Of a DNA stretch of 55,913 nt, positions 8,957 to 17,176 are shown in pieces; the stretch's first letter is position 1; every line of letters starts with the position of its first letter. The DNA comes from a virus: IMG/VR virus record IMGVR_UViG_3300035156_000072, positions 1 to 55,913 of that record. One strand, written 5' to 3'. The notes beneath the pieces are model-generated. The model did not search any database and had not been told where the DNA came from. It saw nothing but the letters and a program-made list of their open reading frames with translations. Both the position numbers and the translations under genes were made by a program.

Positions 8957-10687
8957 ATGACGGACCCGGTACAGACACTCCGCGAGGCGCTTTACGGAAA
9001 CCCGCCGGTTGCGGACTACAAGCCGTCGCGGGAGGGCACCCTAGCGGCGTTCACGGCGCTTGCTGACACCGTTGAGGCTATCGGCACGGCGGAAGCGCTA
9101 ACCGGCGTCCTAATATACAACACGCTAACCGCGATGAATTTGGACCTGACGCCGGTTGCAAATAAACTCGCAATTGTCATTTCAGGCGGCAATGCGCTTT
9201 ATCGCAAGATTGGCGGCACCGGTACAGGTTCGTGGGTTGCGACCGGTCTTGCGTTCAATCAACAACCACTTATCGACCGCCTAGACGACACAATGATCTT
9301 GGTCGAAAGCGCGTCGCAAGATTTCGTATTTCGTGACGGCAACGGCTTTGTTCTGGCGTCGCTTGGACCTACTCGCGTCCGTGGGTTCAACGGTAGTTCC
9401 GGCGGTGGTGGTGGCGGTCTGGAAAAGTCATCGGCGGCGGGCGGCTTGGTCGTCACTGATGACGATGGTTACAAAGCGATTGAGAGCAAAACACAGACTT
9501 TCAGAGCAGACCGTCAAAATCGCTCCAACACCCAAGCCGTCCACAACGCCGCGCCGCAACAACGCGCTACAATTCGTAAAATGCTTGCGAACGTGCGCAA
9601 CGGTGTGCGTCAGCGCATGGCGATTGCGGGTGATAGCATCACCATGCCGTATTTCGGCTCAACTGATGCGTATTTTGGTATCGCCAACGGGCGCAAGGGT
9701 TCGTGGGTCAACCACATGGCCCGTATTATGACTGCACAGGGTTTGCCTTGTAGCACGCAATCATGGGCGGGCGGCGGTAACTGTGAACAAGGCGGTACGG
9801 GTTTCAGCGGGCCGGGCGGCACTCTCGCGCTCAACGACGCTGACCCGCGTATCACCATACCTAAAGCGGACGGCGGCGGTGCAGGGTGGTTGAAACTCAC
9901 GTCACTTAAAACCGTTGGCGGGTACGTGTATAGTTCCAATGGTGACTTGCGCCCGCTGGTGTTCACGCCGGAAAAGGCGACCAAGAGTTACGAATTCTGG
10001 ATTGCCAATTCGGGTGTCGCGTCCACCGCAGATTTGCAAATTGACGGTGTGACGGTTTCCAGCGTCAGCGTGGGTGCAGGGGCGGGGTTCACTCGCTACA
10101 CCGTCACCGCCGCGTCAGAGGGGATGCACACCTACGGCGTCAAGTCGCAATCCGCAGCCGTGGTGCGTGTCGCGGGCGGTATCGCCATGACGACCGCACC
10201 GGAGCTAGACATTATCAACATGGGTTGGGCTGGTGCCTCTACTCGCGATTGGTTGCTTGCGACTAACCCTTGGCAACCTCTTAACGCGCTGCGCAACCTC
10301 GCAATCAATCACGTCACGCTAGCCATTGGTGTGAACGATTGGATGAGCCGCACTTATACGCCGGGCGACATTATCCAAGCATCCGAAACCTTTACCAACC
10401 TTGTCAGCATTGGGCAGGCGCTACAAACGGCGGGCATCGGTGTTAACTTTGTGGTGCCGTTCCCGTCCCGCTTCACCGCGCAACCGTTGAGCATTCAAGC
10501 GCCGTATATGGAAGCCGTGCGCAACGCCGGGCGTCGGTTGAATGTGGGTCCGATACTCGACTTGCCGCAGCATTTCGGTGTATGGGACAGGGCGAATTCG
10601 CAAGGGTTCGTTGAGGATAACGTGCACCCTAACATCATCGCTCAAGCTGACATGGGCGCTCTTGCCGCCCGCGCTTATTCCCTGTGA
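8957..10687 (+). CDS. tail fibre/spike protein with C-terminal SGNH (GDSL) hydrolase domain
   Basis: 576 aa. SGNH blocks are visible: AIAGDSIT (GDS), IGVNDW (GxND) and DNVHPN (DxxH). The RBS is AGGA. Confidence 0.7.
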   Translation: MTDPVQTLREALYGNPPVADYKPSREGTLAAFTALADTVEAIGTAEALTGVLIYNTLTAMNLDLTPVANKLAIVISGGNALYRKIGGTGTGSWVATGLAFNQQPLIDRLDDTMILVESASQDFVFRDGNGFVLASLGPTRVRGFNGSSGGGGGGLEKSSAAGGLVVTDDDGYKAIESKTQTFRADRQNRSNTQAVHNAAPQQRATIRKMLANVRNGVRQRMAIAGDSITMPYFGSTDAYFGIANGRKGSWVNHMARIMTAQGLPCSTQSWAGGGNCEQGGTGFSGPGGTLALNDADPRITIPKADGGGAGWLKLTSLKTVGGYVYSSNGDLRPLVFTPEKATKSYEFWIANSGVASTADLQIDGVTVSSVSVGAGAGFTRYTVTAASEGMHTYGVKSQSAAVVRVAGGIAMTTAPELDIINMGWAGASTRDWLLATNPWQPLNALRNLAINHVTLAIGVNDWMSRTYTPGDIIQASETFTNLVSIGQALQTAGIGVNFVVPFPSRFTAQPLSIQAPYMEAVRNAGRRLNVGPILDLPQHFGVWDRANSQGFVEDNVHPNIIAQADMGALAARAYSL

Positions 10688-10698
10688 TCGGATAGAAA

Positions 10699-11427
10699 AT
10701 GACCAAGCACGTATTTGTAAATTCTGACGCCGACTATTCGGGGCTAGGGTTCGGCGTTGATGTAAACTTTCCGTTTTTCGACGGTATCGGACCCATGGCC
10801 GCTTACCTGTGGTCGCTGACGCTTGAGCCTACGCCGGGTCGCGACGTGAGCGAAAATGGGCTAGACGCCACGCTTATCGGCCCTGTTGGGCCTGATGCAA
10901 CCGGCGTCACGTTCGGTGACACGAATTACGCGTTGCTTCCATTCTCCGGTGTGGACCTGTTGTCGAGCGGCGGCGTGGCGACGATTTTCATTGTCACCAA
11001 AACGCCCGCATCTGCTGACCATCGGGTGATCGGCAACGCGTCCGTGGGTGATGCGCTCTTTATTCAGGATCAGGCAGACAACACCACGGTTGGTTATGCG
11101 TTCGCTGGTGCGAATTCCAACGCGACCGGGCCGGGTATCGTCACACCGGGGCGTGGTACGAATTTTATCTGTCATGCGTTCGTGATCACGCCAACGATCG
11201 GCTATCTGTACCGTGGCGTGCCCGGTAGCAATACCATGACGCTTGTTGCAACCACGTCCTTTACGGGCACACCGACCGGCGGCATAGGCTTGGTGCGTAT
11301 CGGTGAAACCGGCACATCGCGTCACTTTGCGGAGTTGTTCTATCGCAAGCAGTTGAACGCCACGCAACTTGGCGAAATTAAAGCCATGATCACCAACGAA
11401 GCCGCTAAAATCGGCCTGACAATCTAA
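10699..11427 (+). CDS. hypothetical tail-associated protein
   Basis: 242-aa ORF between the fibre gene and the lysis genes. No motif recognised with confidence. Confidence 0.5.
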   Translation: MTKHVFVNSDADYSGLGFGVDVNFPFFDGIGPMAAYLWSLTLEPTPGRDVSENGLDATLIGPVGPDATGVTFGDTNYALLPFSGVDLLSSGGVATIFIVTKTPASADHRVIGNASVGDALFIQDQADNTTVGYAFAGANSNATGPGIVTPGRGTNFICHAFVITPTIGYLYRGVPGSNTMTLVATTSFTGTPTGGIGLVRIGETGTSRHFAELFYRKQLNATQLGEIKAMITNEAAKIGLTI

Positions 11428-11440
11428 GGAAGTTGGACAG

Positions 11441-11599
11441 ATGCAAAAGTACGACGTTGTGCACAAGATGACGGGCAACATTATCAAGCAGGATGTAGGC
11501 AAAACCTACAAGGTGCCAAGCGACGAATACGAATTGCGCACGCATCGCCCGGTTGAGAAGCCCGCCCCGTCCGGTTTCGCACCCGACCAACAATCATGA
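11441..11599 (+). CDS. small hypothetical protein (52 aa)
   Basis: The ATG is preceded by AAGGAAG and the stop overlaps the endolysin ATG (ATGA). It is below the ORF-track cutoff. Reads MQKYDVVHKMTGNIIKQDVGK... Confidence 0.4.
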   Translation: MQKYDVVHKMTGNIIKQDVGKTYKVPSDEYELRTHRPVEKPAPSGFAPDQQS

Positions 11600-12297
11600 C
11601 GCGCGTAACCGTCCGTGACGTGCAAACGTCAATCGGCGTCACGGTCGATGGTCAGTTTGGCGACAAGTCAAAGACGGCGTTTCTCGCCAAGCTGACCAAC
11701 GCAAACCCGGCGCGGCTGACGTTGGCAGATTTCGAGCGCACCGCATCTGACCTGCGTGCGCCTCTCGCCATCGTGCGAGCCGTCAACAAGGTGGAAGCGC
11801 CGCGCGGTGCGTATGACCCCGCCGGGCGTCCAACGACGCTATACGAACGCCACGTATTCGCTCGCAACAGTGCGCCGGTCGGACGGTTCAACCTTGCGGT
11901 TCCTGACCTGTCGGGCGGGCCGTATGGGCGGGGCGGTTATGGTGCCTTGTCGGCGCAATATGGCAAGCTGTGCCGCGCCATGGCCCTAGACCCGCATGCC
12001 GCCCTGTCTGCATGCTCATGGGGCGCGTTTCAGGTGCTAGGCGAGAATTGGCTAGGCATGGGATATGCGTCGCCATGGGATATGGTTCAGACGCTCGCCA
12101 CGGGCGGCGAACCGGCGCACCTAGAGAGCTTCGCCCGGTTCGTGCAGATGAAGGGTCTAGAGGATGAATTGCGCGCCTGTAAGCCGGGCGACCCGGAAAG
12201 CTGCGTACCGTTCGTGCGCGGCTATAACGGGGCCGGGTTCCGTGAATTCAACTACCATGTCAGCCTGTCCGATGCGGCGTTGGCGTTCTCGCGTTAA
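11596..12297 (+). CDS. endolysin: peptidoglycan-binding domain plus N-acetylmuramidase (DUF3380-like)
   Basis: The N-terminal VQTSIGVTVDGQFGDKSKTAF is a PG_binding_1-like motif. The remainder resembles the DUF3380 muramidase family. It sits at the head of the lysis cassette. Confidence 0.75.
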   Translation: MTRVTVRDVQTSIGVTVDGQFGDKSKTAFLAKLTNANPARLTLADFERTASDLRAPLAIVRAVNKVEAPRGAYDPAGRPTTLYERHVFARNSAPVGRFNLAVPDLSGGPYGRGGYGALSAQYGKLCRAMALDPHAALSACSWGAFQVLGENWLGMGYASPWDMVQTLATGGEPAHLESFARFVQMKGLEDELRACKPGDPESCVPFVRGYNGAGFREFNYHVSLSDAALAFSR

Positions 12298-12344
12298 GAG
12301 GTTATAAACGGCGAACAAATCACCCCTAAATTCAGGTCTGGTAC

Positions 12345-12737
12345 ATGCCGCCGCGTAAGACACCCGACATGTTACCGCACCTGAATTTCAACGGTGAAGA
12401 AATACCGCGCGATGATCCGCGCCTTGACGCAACCGTACTTGTGTTGTCGCAAATTCGCGACAGTCTGATTTCATTGTCAACGACCGTTACAGACGTTCGC
12501 GACCGTGTGATCAAAATGGAAACACAGAACGCCTTGGGGCAGTTGCAGGAATTCAAAGCGGAGTTCGAAAAGTACAAGAGCGACCGCGAGAAACTCAAAG
12601 AAACTGCATTCGACCGCATCAGCAAGCTTGAGCTACAGAACGCGCAATGGCGCGGCACATTCTTACCGCTCACAATCCTAGGCACAGGCATCATGGCCGC
12701 AGTCGTTGCGTTCGTTATGGAAGCGGTGTTGAAATGA
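12345..12737 (+). CDS. membrane-anchored coiled-coil protein (lysis-cassette accessory, function unknown)
   Basis: 130 aa with a coiled-coil centre and one C-terminal TM helix (FLPLTILGTGIMAAVVAFVMEAVL). Confidence 0.5.
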   Translation: MPPRKTPDMLPHLNFNGEEIPRDDPRLDATVLVLSQIRDSLISLSTTVTDVRDRVIKMETQNALGQLQEFKAEFEKYKSDREKLKETAFDRISKLELQNAQWRGTFLPLTILGTGIMAAVVAFVMEAVLK

Positions 12738-13120
12738 CATTTTGGCAGATGCTTGACCGTTGGGACCAACGGCGTGCGAAACTTTCTGAACGCCAGTGGG
12801 TGACTATCGCGGTAATTGTGCTGTTGTTCTATCTGTTGCGGATGGCGCAGCATGATAAGTCACTTTGGGATGTTGAGGTATTCAAAGTCATCATACAGGC
12901 CGTTGCACTTACCGGCGTCCTCAACATGATTCTTGCGTTTCACTTTGCAGCGAACAAGGGTGACGATATCAAGGCAGAGAACACCGGCAAGGCGTTTGAC
13001 GCTTTGCATGCCACCGCTAACGCCGCGACGGCGACCGCACAAGCGGCGCAAGCTGCGACCGATGCGAGCGCAACCGGCAAGGCAGATGATCCTGTACACA
13101 TTGCGGATGATGCGAAATGA
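12734..13120 (+). CDS. putative holin
   Basis: Internal ATG at 12734 overlaps the upstream stop (ATGA). It has two predicted TM helices and a charged Ala-rich C-terminal tail, and lies next to the spanin genes. Confidence 0.5.
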   Translation: MTFWQMLDRWDQRRAKLSERQWVTIAVIVLLFYLLRMAQHDKSLWDVEVFKVIIQAVALTGVLNMILAFHFAANKGDDIKAENTGKAFDALHATANAATATAQAAQAATDASATGKADDPVHIADDAK

Positions 13121-13479
13121 CATGGCTTGTGGGTAAGATTGGCGAACGCGCCGCACAGTGGGTGTTGTTCGCCGCGCTCATCTGTCTGTTCATCCTTGGT
13201 GGTTTGGTGATTTTCCGCGCCGTGTCACACCGCCTGCATGTGCAAGCGGAGGCACAGGCGGAACAGACCACGGCAAGCGGTACGGCGTTGGCTGATGCTG
13301 CGGCTGATGCGGTCAACGAGGTTGCGGCGCAGTCGGTGCGCGAGACAAAGATTGACGCCGCTACGGCGGTCGCTCTTGAGAGGATAGACCATGCGGAAAA
13401 CCCTGCTGACGTGCGCGGCGCTGTCGTTGACGCTCTGTGCCTGCGTGACGCGTCCTATTGTGAGCATCCCGCCCGCTAG
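13117..13479 (+). CDS. i-spanin (inner-membrane spanin subunit)
   Basis: N-terminal TM helix (WVLFAALICLFILGGLVIF) followed by a coiled-coil/Ala-rich periplasmic part. The o-spanin gene starts inside its 3' end. Confidence 0.6.
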   Translation: MTWLVGKIGERAAQWVLFAALICLFILGGLVIFRAVSHRLHVQAEAQAEQTTASGTALADAAADAVNEVAAQSVRETKIDAATAVALERIDHAENPADVRGAVVDALCLRDASYCEHPAR

Positions 13480-13750
13480 CTGCGCCGGGCTGGTGCCTGA
13501 CGCATGGGTCATTCCGGTGCCCGGTACGCCCCTCCCGGCAGCTAGGACGCCCCGCGCGACGCCGCCGGGCGCTGACCGCGCTACGGTTCTACAGGCGGCC
13601 CTAGATGACGCCATGGACGCTGTACGGGATTGGGCGGGGGCGTTCGTGTCTGAGGGCGGTCAACGGGTCAAGGCAAACGAACGCACCGCTGCATCCGTGG
13701 GGATAATGCAGCGGTGCGAAACGATGGTGAATGCCGCGAGGCCGGGTTAG
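13391..13750 (+). CDS. o-spanin (outer-membrane lipoprotein subunit)
   Basis: Signal peptide with lipobox (MRKTLLTCAALSLTLCAC) and a Pro-rich mature part. The gene overlaps the i-spanin gene out of frame. Confidence 0.65.
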   Translation: MRKTLLTCAALSLTLCACVTRPIVSIPPASCAGLVPDAWVIPVPGTPLPAARTPRATPPGADRATVLQAALDDAMDAVRDWAGAFVSEGGQRVKANERTAASVGIMQRCETMVNAARPG

Positions 13751-13965
13751 ATTTCAGCAATATAACCGATACCAAAGCCGTTGATATCTTTGCAACGTAC
13801 TTGGAACCCCGAAACGGTAAGGTTGCGCCCGTCGTATTTCATCAACGGTTCGATTTCGTAACCAATGTAGGTTTCGTTGATCGCTTCGATTTCTAGCGCC
13901 GCGTTAAGAGCTTCACGCGCATTAGCGAAAAGCTTGGCTTGCATAGATTGTTGAATGCGAAACAT
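13747..13965 (-). CDS. hypothetical protein (72 aa)
   Basis: The ORF starts directly after a conserved promoter-leader cassette (SD TAGGGATTAAGACCG-ATG). Confidence 0.55.
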   Translation of the reverse strand: MFRIQQSMQAKLFANAREALNAALEIEAINETYIGYEIEPLMKYDGRNLTVSGFQVRCKDINGFGIGYIAEI

Positions 13966-14050
13966 CGGTCTTAATCCCTAAAGCGCGTGACCGGTGCGGC
14001 CCGCTGTGACACCCGTGTACGACCACATGTAACAGGTGTCAAGCAATAAT
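13963..14050 (-). promoter_or_regulatory. promoter-leader cassette (TTGACA variant, type-B leader)
   Basis: Minus strand reads ATTATTGCTTGACAC-N16-TACACG-GGGTGTCACAGCGGGCCGCACCGGTCACGCGCTTTAGGGATTAAGACCG-ATG. The leader is shared with 24686..24775. The DNA polymerase stop codon lies inside the -35 element. Confidence 0.55.
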
Positions 14051-16057
14051 CAGTTTGCGTGCCTCCGCGACGTAATACGCGTAATTCACGTTATCCCAAC
14101 GGAACGCCGCAGCGTCGTTGCACTCTGCGACAAGCCATCCGGCTTCAAAGCTGGTGGTTACGGCGTCGTACTTGCTCTTGTTTTTGGTGCAGACCGTTTC
14201 ACACCATGCGCCGCCGGTTTCAGCCATGCGCTTGTTGTAGTCGGCTTCCGTGACCTTGGGTGCCCTCTTGAACGCGCCCGGCGGTCCTTTGGGTGGCGCG
14301 ACCTTGGTTAGCTGCGCACCGTTGAGCGCCACGTAATACCGGCTGGTGCGCTGGATTTCGACGCCGCCTAGGTACAGGTTATCCGCCTTGGTCACCTTGG
14401 CGCGGCACATAAAGTCAAACGGGTCCGAGTGCAGCCTAATGTACGTTTCCGGGTCGATACCATGCACCATGGCGGCGACAGCGGCGCGAATGCTTACGAT
14501 GTTGCCTAGGTCTTTATGCCACGACGGCGGCGACGCCTCCGATATGGACGCGGCGTAACCCTCGCCGGGTGTCGGGTGCCAATACGCACCTTTTTGCTTA
14601 AGCTTGCCCTTGGTGTCTCGCGCTATGTAGTTGTTAACGTCGCGTATCCACATGTGACTGTACGACACATCCTCAAGCGTAAGCTTTGTATATTCCTGCC
14701 ATTGCGTTTGTATCTCGACCGCCTGCGGTTCGTGGTCGCGGTGTATCCTGTACGTGATACCGTCCGTGTTGATCTGAATAATCTGAAACGTGGGGACGGC
14801 CAGCAACCATTCCGCAAGCATGCAAAGCATAAGTTGACCATTGATTGTAATGGTCATGGTGAATTGTGGGTCGTAAAACGGGCTGTATTTGTTGTTGCTG
14901 TTGCCGTATGTGCCGTTACCCGCAAGCTTGTAAGATGCGTTCTCAACCGTGCCTTTTGCATACAAGGCGCGCTCTTGAGGAAGCTTGGCGTATTCGTCAA
15001 CGAATACGTCGCCAAGGTGCGCCGGGGCTAGCCGGTTGACGATGGCGATTGAAGGATACAGGCCGGTCACGTCGATATCACGTATCAACCAATCCTCGCT
15101 CGCAACGACGCGTTGCGGCGGAACCGACCCGTGAATTCCGCCTGTCCCGAAATGGAATTCCAACCCGCCGACGTGCGCCGACAGGTCGCTAAACACACCC
15201 TTGGTTTTGATCACCGCATCGGGGTCGTCAAGGTCGTCAGGGGTCAGAACCTTCGACTGCATGTACGCTAGCACGCGCTGAAATTCCGGGTTGCTGAACC
15301 GAATGTAAGGAAAAATGATATCAGCCAGCGCAATCTTGTACCGGGCGGTTTGACGCATCACTCTGCGCCCGCTGCTGCGGTCGTAGCAGACGTGATCACC
15401 TAGGCGCTGTTCAAGGATTTTCGCGCCAATCTTGGTGTCGTTGTAGTTTAGAACGTCAACACCGAATTGCGGTATCAGACCTTCGCGGAACAAAAGCGCT
15501 TTCATGGAGTAATGCGCAAATTGCTTGGTCTCGGTCACGTCATGGACGTTGTACGGGATTAGCTTTGTGTCGCGGTCGGTCTCGGTGATCGGCTGACCGA
15601 ACACAATGGGGCTATCAACTACGGTGCGCGACCGCATGTTGATTTGCAGCGCCTTAAGGCTGGTGGTTTTGGCCTTGTTATTGAAGTGATGCACTAAGAA
15701 AAGATCAACCTGCGGCGCAAGTCGCTCATTCGCCCATATCATCAACCCAAATCGGTTGTCTCCTTGTGACGCGAAAATCTCTTGGTTTTTGGCGTAAATG
15801 TCTGCGTAAGTGCAGTTGGGATGCGTCCAAATGTAGTGCAATATAACGTAGTCATATCCGACGTTATTAAAGCCGATCATAGGTATCTGAAACGTGTGCA
15901 GATAGTGCAACCAATCAAACAACTGGTAACGGTCGTCGCGAAACTCGCTGATTTCCCATGTGCTGCGCCAATCACCGTGCAACGCCTCTGCGCTCAACGT
16001 CCAACAATTCGGAAGCGTCTCAATGTCATACACGATGGCTTGATCAAAAATGCTCAT
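14039..16057 (-). CDS. DNA polymerase, family-B-like, with 3'-5' exonuclease domain
   Basis: 672 aa. Exo motifs: YDIET, GFNNVGYDYVIL, YNVHDV. Pol motifs: DVTGLYPS (A), KLAGNGTYG (B), QINTDGI (C). Confidence 0.8.
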   Translation of the reverse strand: MSIFDQAIVYDIETLPNCWTLSAEALHGDWRSTWEISEFRDDRYQLFDWLHYLHTFQIPMIGFNNVGYDYVILHYIWTHPNCTYADIYAKNQEIFASQGDNRFGLMIWANERLAPQVDLFLVHHFNNKAKTTSLKALQINMRSRTVVDSPIVFGQPITETDRDTKLIPYNVHDVTETKQFAHYSMKALLFREGLIPQFGVDVLNYNDTKIGAKILEQRLGDHVCYDRSSGRRVMRQTARYKIALADIIFPYIRFSNPEFQRVLAYMQSKVLTPDDLDDPDAVIKTKGVFSDLSAHVGGLEFHFGTGGIHGSVPPQRVVASEDWLIRDIDVTGLYPSIAIVNRLAPAHLGDVFVDEYAKLPQERALYAKGTVENASYKLAGNGTYGNSNNKYSPFYDPQFTMTITINGQLMLCMLAEWLLAVPTFQIIQINTDGITYRIHRDHEPQAVEIQTQWQEYTKLTLEDVSYSHMWIRDVNNYIARDTKGKLKQKGAYWHPTPGEGYAASISEASPPSWHKDLGNIVSIRAAVAAMVHGIDPETYIRLHSDPFDFMCRAKVTKADNLYLGGVEIQRTSRYYVALNGAQLTKVAPPKGPPGAFKRAPKVTEADYNKRMAETGGAWCETVCTKNKSKYDAVTTSFEAGWLVAECNDAAAFRWDNVNYAYYVAEARKLIIA

Positions 16058-16198
16058 GTGCGCTCGCTAATCGGCCCGGCGCACATGTAGCACGCCGGGC
16101 CGGGTCAGAATGGGATATCGTCGGCTAGGCAGGGATAACCTCGCCGCCCGTAAGGGCATGGCGTCCCGCCACGGACGCCACACGTCTTACAGACGGTT

Positions 16199-17170
16199 TC
16201 AACGCGGGGGCATGCCGGGCATTGCAGGCATACCCGGTGCCGCAGGTGCGCCGGTCACGCCAGCGACGAAATCGGGCGCAGGCGGCGGAAGCTGCGGCGC
16301 GGGCACCCACGCGTTGTTGATCAGCCAATGCTCGCCGGGCGTACCGGCGGCATGAATGTGCGCCGGGTCCGTAGGTCGCACAGGCCCGGCGGGAGGCGCA
16401 GGGGGTGCCATTGGCGGCGGCGGGGGCGGTGCAGCCATGGCGGGCGGCGGGGTCATACCCGGCATGCCACCGGGAGCCGCAGGCGGCGGTGCAGCGCCCA
16501 TGCCGGGCATCGCACCAGCGCCGGGCGTGTGGACCGGCGTAGTGGACGCGCCGGGCGGGAGGGCATAGGTGCGCCCGCCGAATGCCGCCTTGGGGTCAAT
16601 CGCGTTGGCGGTGACGATTTCAGGGCCGTAAGCGACCCATTCGACCGCACGGGGGTTCACATAGATTGAGGGCGTGTTGGTGCCTACAGCCGGTTCGCAC
16701 TTAAAGTGCGTGGCAACCGACACGTAATCGCCACACTTGATGGCTTCCGGCGCAAGTTGATCATATCCGCCGGTTGTCGGGTTCAGCTTGAAAATCGGAA
16801 CGCTGCTGAAATACTCGTTAACCCGTTGCGTGAACCCAAGCACGATACAACCGGCGTAACCTTCGCGGTTGCTGTAAGGCACACCCTTGCTGTCAACCGT
16901 GTCACCGTCCACATACTTGTACGCAAAGCGACCGGGGATACCGGACGGGTATGCGCTCGCAATCTCTTGCGCCATGACGGGCCATGTGTTCGCTGCGAAT
17001 TCAGCCTTGGGATACGCAACCCCGAAACTGATTTCCATGATTTCTTTACCCGTCTTAGGGTCAATTACAGGTAGCTTGGTGGTGTTGTCGCGCTTTACAC
17101 GCGGTGTCGTCACCGAACCCCACACCAAGCGACCCAAACCGGTCTGATGCTCAACGCCGTCCTTACTCAT
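16199..17170 (-). CDS. ssDNA-binding protein (T7 gp2.5 / DUF2815-like) with Pro/Ala/Met/Gly-rich C-terminal tail
   Basis: 323 aa, located between the polymerase and the DUF2800 nuclease. This pairing is typical of the DUF2800-DUF2815 replication module. The last ~125 aa are low complexity. Confidence 0.5.
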   Translation of the reverse strand: MSKDGVEHQTGLGRLVWGSVTTPRVKRDNTTKLPVIDPKTGKEIMEISFGVAYPKAEFAANTWPVMAQEIASAYPSGIPGRFAYKYVDGDTVDSKGVPYSNREGYAGCIVLGFTQRVNEYFSSVPIFKLNPTTGGYDQLAPEAIKCGDYVSVATHFKCEPAVGTNTPSIYVNPRAVEWVAYGPEIVTANAIDPKAAFGGRTYALPPGASTTPVHTPGAGAMPGMGAAPPPAAPGGMPGMTPPPAMAAPPPPPPMAPPAPPAGPVRPTDPAHIHAAGTPGEHWLINNAWVPAPQLPPPAPDFVAGVTGAPAAPGMPAMPGMPPR

Positions 17171-17176
17171 GGTGTC

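Noticed and set aside
16328-16669. Gly/Arg-rich plus-strand ORFs (16328..16669, 16356..16568, 18366..18800, 18497..18841).
   Set aside because: They are mirror images of the Pro-rich coding tracts of the SSB-like and 18320..19129 genes on the minus strand.
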